The position numbers and the translations under genes were made by a program. The notes under the pieces are model-generated. The model was not told the origin of the DNA and ran no database searches. It saw only the letters and a program-made list of their open reading frames with translations. 64,000 bases of DNA, taken from assembly GCA_964410585.1 (NCBI GenBank), contig CAYPFW010000003.1, positions 52,465-116,464 of the forward strand, read 5' to 3'. Shown piece by piece: positions 57,389 to 64,000 of the stretch (positions are counted from its first letter, which is position 1; every line of letters begins with the position of its first letter). The stretch is from an uncultured archaeon (GTDB lineage Archaea; Aenigmatarchaeota; Aenigmatarchaeia; QMZP01; JACQNV01).

Positions 57389-59995
57389 CTAACTCCTGGT
57401 TTGTTTTGTTATATATTTCCTGTTAGAATAAACCCACAACCCCACATAAAACATCCCCGAAAACAAAATAGGATAAAACCAATCTACCAAAACCAAGTTT
57501 GTTAGTTCAAACGCTGATTGTATAAAAGGTATATACAAAACAACTAATTGTAGCAAAAATGAAGACAAGACAGCTAAAATAAAAGATCTATTTGAGAAAA
57601 ACGATAATCTGCTTCCCATCCTCACTGTTTGAGCACGCACAAGCTCTAGAACAACTAAAGTTGTGAAGGCTATTGTTTGAGCCTTGGCCAAGCCTTGAGA
57701 TAGAGTGAGATAGAACGATAAAAGGACTAAAACAGTTATTATTGGCGATGTTATTGCTATGTGCTTGACCATTCCTCTTGATAAGATTTTTTCTTTTGGA
57801 TCTCTTGGTTTTCTAGACATAATGTTTTCAGCAGCTGGGTCTGTTCCAAGAGCTAAAGCAGGAAGGCCGTCTGTAACTAGGTTCAACCATAGAAGTTGGA
57901 TAGCTGTGAGTGGAATAGCATATTGTAAGCCAAATATAGAGGAGAGAATTATAGCGAAAAATATTATCATAACCTCTGCTACATTCGAGGATAGAAGATA
58001 GAGGATAAAGTTTCTGATGTTGTCGTAGATGACTCTACCTTCTTTAACAGCAGATACAATTGTGGCGAAATTATCGTCTTTTAGAATCATATCAGCTGCC
58101 TCTTTTGTCACATCTGTGCCTTTGATACCCATTGCTATCCCTATGTCTGCTTTTTTTATTGCAGGTGCATCGTTTATCCCATCACCTGTCATTGCAACTA
58201 TATGGCCTTTTTTCTTGAGTGCCTCTAATATCCTTAGTTTGTGTTCTGGGGAAACTCGAGCATAGATGTTTATTTTTTCAGCCTGAGCTTCTAATTCTTC
58301 TTCAGACAATTTGTCAACCTCCAAGCCAGTTATCACATTTCCATCTAGACCCACTTCATTACCTATTGCTTTTGCTGTAAGGGCATGATCTCCTGTGATC
58401 ATTACAACACGGATACCTGCTTGATTGCAGAGTTTTATTGCTTCTTTGGCTTCTTCTCTTGGAGGATCTATCATTCCCACCAAACCGAGGAAAATTTGAT
58501 CCTGTTCTAGTTTTTGGTCGTTTTTTAAATCCGATTCGTATATTTTCTTGAAGCTAAAACCAAGCACACGAAGCGCATTGTTTGTTAATTGCTCATTTAT
58601 TTCATGGATTTTTTTCCTGTCTTCTTCTGTAAGTTTGATTGTTTTACCGTCTTTGTAAATATATGAACAAGAACCAAGAATTATTTCAAAAGCACCTTTT
58701 GAATAGACTTCTATTGTTGGAAGAGCAGCATCTATTTTTGTGACTACTGACATTCTTTTTCTCTCAGAAGAAAACTGGATTTCTTTTATTCTTTTATACT
58801 TTTGTAGGTCTTTTTTATTTAAGTGTGGATCAGATAATTTGAGAAGAGCTGTTTCTGTTGGATCACCAAAATAAGAATCATCTTGCTTTACAGAATCATT
58901 GCATAGGGTCGCACATTTTAGAAGAAGGTTTGTGTGATTATCTAGATCTAATTTGTTTGCATCTTGAATTTTGGATGTGAAAACTTTCTCAGCTGTTATT
59001 TCATTTTTTGTTATTGTACCTGTTTTATCGCTGCAAATTACGCTACAGGAGCCTAATGTTTCGACAGAGGATAGGCGCCTGATGATTGCATTCTTTTTTG
59101 AGAGTCTGCGAATGCCTAAAGCTAAGGTAAGCGTTGCAACAGCTGGTAGACCCTCTGGAATTGCTGCGACTGCAAGGGCAACGCCTGTTTTGAATGAATC
59201 AAAAATAGGTATATTGAGGACGAAAAAACTAGCCAATGCTGATATGGAAGCTATTATAATTACAATTATACCCAACTGTTTTCCCAATTGCTGGAGATTT
59301 ATTTGGAGAGGCGTTTCCTGTTTTTCTTGTTGGACCTCTGTTGCTATTTTCCCTATTTCTGTTTTCATTCCAGTATCTGCAACAATAGCTTTGCCCCTGC
59401 CTGCGACAACAACTGTTCCCATATAAACTGAATTTTTCCTATCTGGAAGTGCACATTCTTTAAGAGGTTCAGTTGTTTTAATAATTGGCAAGGATTCGCC
59501 TGTTAGGCTTGCTTCATCTGTTTTTAGCCCTATTGATTCTATAAGCCTACAATCTGCCGGTACTCGATCACCTTCTTCAAGAAGTATTATATCTCCTGGA
59601 ACAACATTAGAGGAATTAATTTGTTTTATCAAACCATCTCTCAGAACTTTTGCTTGCGGAGCTGTTAGATTTTCAAGAGCTTCTATTGCTTTTTCTGCTT
59701 TGAACTCTTGCCAAAAACCAAAAGCAGCATTGAGCACAACTATTATGAAAATTAATATGCCATCAACTATTTCGTTTAAGTATAAAGAGATCGCAGAAGC
59801 TATTATTAAAATAATGACTAGTATTGATTTAAACTGAGAAAGAAAAATTGTGAAAGGTGAAGAGCCTTTCTTTTTTTCTAATTTATTTGGACCAAATTTT
59901 TCTAATCTGATTACTGCCTCTTTTTCAGACAGACCTTTTTCAGAAGAGTTTAGGTCTTTTATTGTTTGTTGGACAGATAGTTTATACTGATCCAT
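57389..59995 (-). CDS. P-type cation-transporting ATPase (type IIA, Ca2+-like)
   Basis: TGES, IPEGLP, CSDKTGT, KGA, MITGD, TGDGINDAPA, LWLNLVTDGLPA. Confidence 0.95.
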   Translation of the reverse strand: MDQYKLSVQQTIKDLNSSEKGLSEKEAVIRLEKFGPNKLEKKKGSSPFTIFLSQFKSILVIILIIASAISLYLNEIVDGILIFIIVVLNAAFGFWQEFKAEKAIEALENLTAPQAKVLRDGLIKQINSSNVVPGDIILLEEGDRVPADCRLIESIGLKTDEASLTGESLPIIKTTEPLKECALPDRKNSVYMGTVVVAGRGKAIVADTGMKTEIGKIATEVQQEKQETPLQINLQQLGKQLGIIVIIIASISALASFFVLNIPIFDSFKTGVALAVAAIPEGLPAVATLTLALGIRRLSKKNAIIRRLSSVETLGSCSVICSDKTGTITKNEITAEKVFTSKIQDANKLDLDNHTNLLLKCATLCNDSVKQDDSYFGDPTETALLKLSDPHLNKKDLQKYKRIKEIQFSSERKRMSVVTKIDAALPTIEVYSKGAFEIILGSCSYIYKDGKTIKLTEEDRKKIHEINEQLTNNALRVLGFSFKKIYESDLKNDQKLEQDQIFLGLVGMIDPPREEAKEAIKLCNQAGIRVVMITGDHALTAKAIGNEVGLDGNVITGLEVDKLSEEELEAQAEKINIYARVSPEHKLRILEALKKKGHIVAMTGDGINDAPAIKKADIGIAMGIKGTDVTKEAADMILKDDNFATIVSAVKEGRVIYDNIRNFILYLLSSNVAEVMIIFFAIILSSIFGLQYAIPLTAIQLLWLNLVTDGLPALALGTDPAAENIMSRKPRDPKEKILSRGMVKHIAITSPIITVLVLLSFYLTLSQGLAKAQTIAFTTLVVLELVRAQTVRMGSRLSFFSNRSFILAVLSSFLLQLVVLYIPFIQSAFELTNLVLVDWFYPILFSGMFYVGLWVYSNRKYITKQTRS

Positions 59996-60067
59996 TTAGA
60001 TAGTTGTGTAGAAGTAGTATTTAGGTATTTGGCGATTCACATTTTATTAAAATTTTAGATAAATTAC

Positions 60068-60388
60068 CTATTTCTTTAATTTTAAAATCGCTTCAGCAAT
60101 ATCGCCTGTTTCTTCAAGTGCATCTGCTGCTTCCTCTTCGGTGCATCCAGTTTGATCAACAATCATTTGTAGATCTTCTTTTGAGAATTTTTCTTCTGAA
60201 CGCTCAGAAACCTCTCCGATTATCTGGAATGTTTCTTGTCCCCCCATTGAAACTTTAGACACTTGTGGATTTGAGATAATTAGATCTTTTTCTGGTGTTT
60301 TGATTATGACTTCTGTTGCTGGGATTTCAACTGTTTGTATTCCCATTTGCTTCATCATTTTTTCCATTTGCTTTGGGTTTATTTTCAT
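60068..60388 (-). CDS. nac: Nascent polypeptide-associated complex protein (archaeal NAC)
   Basis: NPKQMEKMMKQMGI, GQETFQI, C-terminal UBA-like domain GDIAEAILKL. Confidence 0.93.
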   Translation of the reverse strand: MKINPKQMEKMMKQMGIQTVEIPATEVIIKTPEKDLIISNPQVSKVSMGGQETFQIIGEVSERSEEKFSKEDLQMIVDQTGCTEEEAADALEETGDIAEAILKLKK

Positions 60389-60549
60389 AAATGAATATTA
60401 GTTTTCTTTTGGATGAGCCTTAAACTTTTCTTTTTCTAAAAGAAAAGGATCAGGCTTGGGTCGATTTTCATATCTGGTAATTGATTTGCTTATATAAATT
60501 GGTTACTTTTCCTATCTCACTATAGGTTCTTTGATCAAATTTTCTGTAA

Positions 60550-60600
60550 AAACATCTACTAAAAACTTATTAATCTTACTGATAAACATCTACTATGTTT
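60550..60600 (+). promoter_or_regulatory. polB promoter with a 12-bp direct repeat (putative operator)
   Basis: AAACATCTACTA at 60550-60561 and 60584-60595 flanks a TATA-like TTATTAAT; the second copy extends into the palindrome AAACAT-N5-ATGTTT. Confidence 0.45.
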
Positions 60601-60614
60601 ATTTCTTGTAAAAT

Positions 60615-63290
60615 ATGGCCCAATTAGAATTTCAAGTTATTGATGTGGATTATTTTTTGGTAAATGAAAAACCAATTGTTAGGGTATTTGGCAAGACAAA
60701 AGAAGGTGACACTGTTTGCGGGTTTTATGAGGGATATCAGCCATATATGTATACAAAAAACGATCCAACAGAGTTACTAAAAACCAATCCAAATTTGGTT
60801 AAGATTGAAAAAACAGATAAAAAAACACTAGCACAGGAAGGAAATGTTTACAAAATAGCATTGAAAAATCCTGCAAAGACGCCTGAAACAAGAGAATATT
60901 TATTTTCAAAAAAACTTGAAGTATTCGAAGCTGATATTTTGTTCAAAAATAGGTTCATGGCTGATTTTGGTTTTGGTGGATTGGATTGGATTAAAGTTGA
61001 ATATGACAATACAAACACAAATACTGTAAGCACAAAGAGGACAATCAGGATAAAAACAATTGAAAGTATTGTAAAAGAGGAAGAGGTTGACTTTAAAGTG
61101 CTCGCGCTTGATATTGAATGTGTTTCTATGGATGATAATAGGATGCCCGAAGCTAAGAAAGATCCTGTGATACTTATTGGCTTGACATTTTCGCACAAAC
61201 ACAAGGGACAAGATTCTATTGTTTTGGGCTTGAGAAGTGGGAAAAATATTGTTTCCTTTGATAAAGAAGAGGAGATGCTTCAGCATTTTGTTGATATAGT
61301 GAATGACTATGACCCCGATTTTATGACTGCGTACAATGGAAATAGTTTTGACTTTCCTTATCTACTTGATAGGATGAGGGAAAATAAAATACAGCCAATT
61401 TTCTCCAGGTGCAAACAAAAACCAGTTATGGCAAAGACATTTGGAAACGCAGCAAGGGTGACAATGGTTGGTAGGGTTGTGGTAGACAGTCTGGAAATTA
61501 TTAGGACAGATTATTCTTTGACAAGGTATGGATTAGCTTTTGTTGCACCTGCTCTATTGGGGAAGGAAAAAGGTGATGTAAAAGCATCTGAGATGTTGAA
61601 GTTTTGGAAAGGTTCTCAGGAAAATTATGAAAAATTAGCAGAATATTGTAGGAATGATGTTGCACTTGCTTTGGAGCTTGTCCAAAAACTAAACTTGCTG
61701 AACAAATACAAATCTTTGGCAAGGGTTTCTGGTGTGCTGCTTCAGGATGCATTGGATTCTGGGGAAGCTGGAAGAATTGAACATTATCTTTTGAGGATTT
61801 TCAATAAAAAAGGATATGTTTTCCCTTGCAAACCAGAAGCACATGATGTAAAAGAAAGAGTGAAAAACAGCAAGATATTGTTGAAAGGAGGATTTGTTTT
61901 AGACCCAAAACCAGGTTTGCATTCTAATGTTGTTGTTCTTGATTTCAAGAGTATGTACCCTTCTATTATCAGGACATTCAATGTGTGCCCCACAACAAAA
62001 GTAAGGACAAAAGATTTCAAGGAAGAGGATGTGCTAAAAACAGCTGCTAATGTTTCTTATTATAAACATGAAATAAGGAAGGGAATTATTCCAGAAATAC
62101 TTGAACATTTGATGAACAGCAGAGATGAAGCTAAGAAAAAACTAAAAGCAGAAAAAGATCCACTGAAAAAAACAATGTATCATGGTGAGCAATGGGCGCT
62201 GAAAATTTTGGCAAATGCATTTTATGGATATCTAGGATATGCAAGAGCTAAGATATATGATTTGGATATTGCTAACACAATAACAACAGAAGGGAGGACA
62301 ATTATTGGTGGAACAATTGAAAAATTGAAAGAAAAAGGATTTGAGGTTCTATATGGAGACACGGATTCGGTTTTTGTCCAAATGAAAACAGAGGATATGG
62401 AAGAAATAAGAAAAATAGGATCAGAAATTGCAAACGATATTTCTGAAGGGCTTCCTGGTGTGATGGAATTGCAGTTTGAAAAAGTTTTCAAAAGGTTTTT
62501 GCCACTTTCTAAAAAAAGATATGTTGCATGGAAGTTTGAGCCGACAAAAGATGGATGGGAAGAAAAAATGGAGATGAAAGGTGTGGAAACAGTGAGAAGG
62601 GACTGGTGTCCTTTGACAACTAAATCAATGAAAAGGGTTATAGATATTGTACTTAAGGAAAGCGATCCAAAGAAAGCTGTTTCCTATTTCAAGGATATTA
62701 TAACAAAACTAAACAAGAATGAGATTGATATCACTGATTTGACAATCACAAAAACAATAACGAAAAAAGTTGAGTCATATGATGGTGTGCAGCCGCATGT
62801 TGAGGTTGTGAAAAAGATGATCGCTAGAGGGGAGGCTCCTGGACTTGGAGATAGAATAGGTTATGTTATTGTTAAAGGTATGGGTTTGCTTTCTAAAAGA
62901 GCAGAAGATCCAAGCTATGTTACAGAAAAGGGGATGAGCATAGATTCTAGATATTATATAGATAACCAATTGCTTCCACCGCTTGAGAGGATCTTCGCTG
63001 CATTAGGAATTGATAAGACAGAGCTGATTGGTGGGGGAAAACAAATTGGATTGTTCCAGGCACTTGGATTGAATTCGAAGAATGGACATATTGGAAATGG
63101 TATCAATGGATTAGCAAACAAAAAGGTAGAAGAAGGTTTCAAGGCGACACTGAGCGATGTGAATGGGTTTGTTTGCAAGACTTGCTCAAAGTTTTATCCA
63201 AGACCTTCACTGATTGGGACATGTGAATGTGGTGGGGAATTTTTGTTTAATTCTTTGAAGGGGCCTTTGGAAGAAGTGTTAGTTACGTGA
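60615..63290 (+). CDS. polB: Family B DNA polymerase with proofreading exonuclease, PIP-like box and C-terminal Cys4 module
   Basis: Exo DIEC, YNGNSFD, YCRND; Pol DFKSMYPS, KILANAFYGY, YGDTDS; QIGLF; CKTC...CECG; no intein. Confidence 0.95.
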   Translation: MAQLEFQVIDVDYFLVNEKPIVRVFGKTKEGDTVCGFYEGYQPYMYTKNDPTELLKTNPNLVKIEKTDKKTLAQEGNVYKIALKNPAKTPETREYLFSKKLEVFEADILFKNRFMADFGFGGLDWIKVEYDNTNTNTVSTKRTIRIKTIESIVKEEEVDFKVLALDIECVSMDDNRMPEAKKDPVILIGLTFSHKHKGQDSIVLGLRSGKNIVSFDKEEEMLQHFVDIVNDYDPDFMTAYNGNSFDFPYLLDRMRENKIQPIFSRCKQKPVMAKTFGNAARVTMVGRVVVDSLEIIRTDYSLTRYGLAFVAPALLGKEKGDVKASEMLKFWKGSQENYEKLAEYCRNDVALALELVQKLNLLNKYKSLARVSGVLLQDALDSGEAGRIEHYLLRIFNKKGYVFPCKPEAHDVKERVKNSKILLKGGFVLDPKPGLHSNVVVLDFKSMYPSIIRTFNVCPTTKVRTKDFKEEDVLKTAANVSYYKHEIRKGIIPEILEHLMNSRDEAKKKLKAEKDPLKKTMYHGEQWALKILANAFYGYLGYARAKIYDLDIANTITTEGRTIIGGTIEKLKEKGFEVLYGDTDSVFVQMKTEDMEEIRKIGSEIANDISEGLPGVMELQFEKVFKRFLPLSKKRYVAWKFEPTKDGWEEKMEMKGVETVRRDWCPLTTKSMKRVIDIVLKESDPKKAVSYFKDIITKLNKNEIDITDLTITKTITKKVESYDGVQPHVEVVKKMIARGEAPGLGDRIGYVIVKGMGLLSKRAEDPSYVTEKGMSIDSRYYIDNQLLPPLERIFAALGIDKTELIGGGKQIGLFQALGLNSKNGHIGNGINGLANKKVEEGFKATLSDVNGFVCKTCSKFYPRPSLIGTCECGGEFLFNSLKGPLEEVLVT

Positions 63291-63291
63291 A

Positions 63292-63523
63292 CATAACACT
63301 GTTATATATTAACACCTTCATTTCTTGTGGAAAATGTTAAAGTTTTGCAGAAACCAATATACGTCTCTAGCATAACAGTGTTATATAACTAATTCTAAAA
63401 GAACCTTCACGTGAAGTAAATTTTTGTGTTTGCGAGGAAAGAAGGTATTTGTGTGAACAAAAGTTCCATGTGAAATGAAGGGGTAAGAACTTCATGTGAA
63501 GATTTGTATAACGGTGTTATATA
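63292..63523. repeat. Three copies of the palindrome YATAACRSTGTTATAT
   Basis: Copies at 63292-63307, 63371-63386 and 63507-63522; an 18-nt match to the first copy lies at 12180-12197. Confidence 0.7.
63312..63484. other. Inverted pair of ORB-like boxes; candidate replication origin
   Basis: TTCCACAAGAAATGAAGGTGT (minus, 63312-63332) and TTCCATGTGAAATGAAGGGGT (plus, 63464-63484) are 17/21 identical and match the archaeal ORB pattern TTCCA-N3-GAAA...G-string. Confidence 0.6.
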
Positions 63524-63571
63524 GAGATTTAAATAGGAACATAGAACACCAGGGACCAACATGTTTAACAG

Positions 63572-64000
63572 TCAAAACAGCAAGCCAACAAAAAAAGAAT
63601 TCAGACCAGAAAAATATAAGATAGTTGGTAAAAGCAAAAAAGCCATCAATTGGCTCTTCCTTATTTTAAGTGAAATTGCAAGCAACCCAATGAACATACC
63701 AACCAATGAAATGAACAAACCAAAAAATCCTGTAAACAGAAAAGACATTATTAAAACAAAAATCAACACACCAAGATTTAGTTTCCTGTAATTGAAGTTT
63801 GTCATTTTTTGTGTGAAGTACTTCCCTATCTTCAAAGTTATTATTCCTGCTATAAAGGCTGAGATTAAAGAAACCAAAACAATCAGCAAAACATCAGCAA
63901 AAACCAAAGAGCCTATTTGTGAAACAAACCAAGCTGCCCCAGACCTTGTTTTTTCAATTGTGAACAAGACTATGAATGTGAAGATTATGTTGCACGTGTT
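63572..64000 (-). CDS. TctA/DUF112-family archaeal membrane protein, C-terminal part
   Basis: Frame is open to the window end: NTCNIIFTFIVLFTIEKTRSGAA..., followed by several TM helices. Confidence 0.65.
   Translation of the reverse strand, partial: NTCNIIFTFIVLFTIEKTRSGAAWFVSQIGSLVFADVLLIVLVSLISAFIAGIITLKIGKYFTQKMTNFNYRKLNLGVLIFVLIMSFLFTGFFGLFISLVGMFIGLLAISLKIRKSQLMAFLLLPTILYFSGLNSFFVGLLF

Noticed and set aside
60615-63290. polB as part of a provirus or casposon, or containing an intein
   Set aside because: It is a cellular-type PolB flanked by housekeeping genes (nac, TctA-like). There is no integrase, Cas1 or terminal repeat, and the motifs are uninterrupted.
63405-63476. Bacterial parS sites (TTCACGTGAA, GTTCCATGTGAAA)
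   Set aside because: Only the core matches and the TGT/ACA ends are missing. No parAB is in the window, and the inverted ORB reading with G-strings explains more of the sequence.
63292-63523. CRISPR array, canonical dif site or integron attC
   Set aside because: Only three 16-bp copies with irregular spacing and no cas or integrase gene. The spacer between the arms is 5 bp rather than the 6 bp of dif, and there is no attC-length stem.

Overview
AT-rich archaeal DNA read with the standard code. An archaeal NAC, an STT3/AglB, an S-layer protein and a PolB with a C-terminal Cys4 module suggest a DPANN lineage, possibly Aenigmarchaeota; the taxonomy is my inference. About 57 kb (1-57360) is one cell-surface and glycosylation island. 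It holds secreted proteins and an S-layer gene, an N-glycosylation core (AglB, AglH/Alg7-like, split Alg13/Alg14-like, flippase) and about 10 GT2/GT4 enzymes. It also holds seven GT-C-like membrane proteins, dTDP-, CDP- and UDP-HexNAc sugar pathways, and many tailoring enzymes (O- and C-methyltransferases, B12 radical SAM, AsnB-type amidotransferase). The most notable module couples a FnlA-type dehydratase, a reductase, a PIG-L deacetylase, an N-formyltransferase and a cupin to adjacent FolD and 5-formyl-THF cyclo-ligase genes. I read this as a deacetylate-then-formylate sugar pathway with its own C1-folate supply. After the island come a P-type ATPase, nac and polB. A 281-bp convergent intergenic region follows, with an inverted pair of ORB-like boxes and three palindromes (candidate replication origin). 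I recognised no tRNA, rRNA, CRISPR array or transposase. All calls come from reading motifs; no database search was run.
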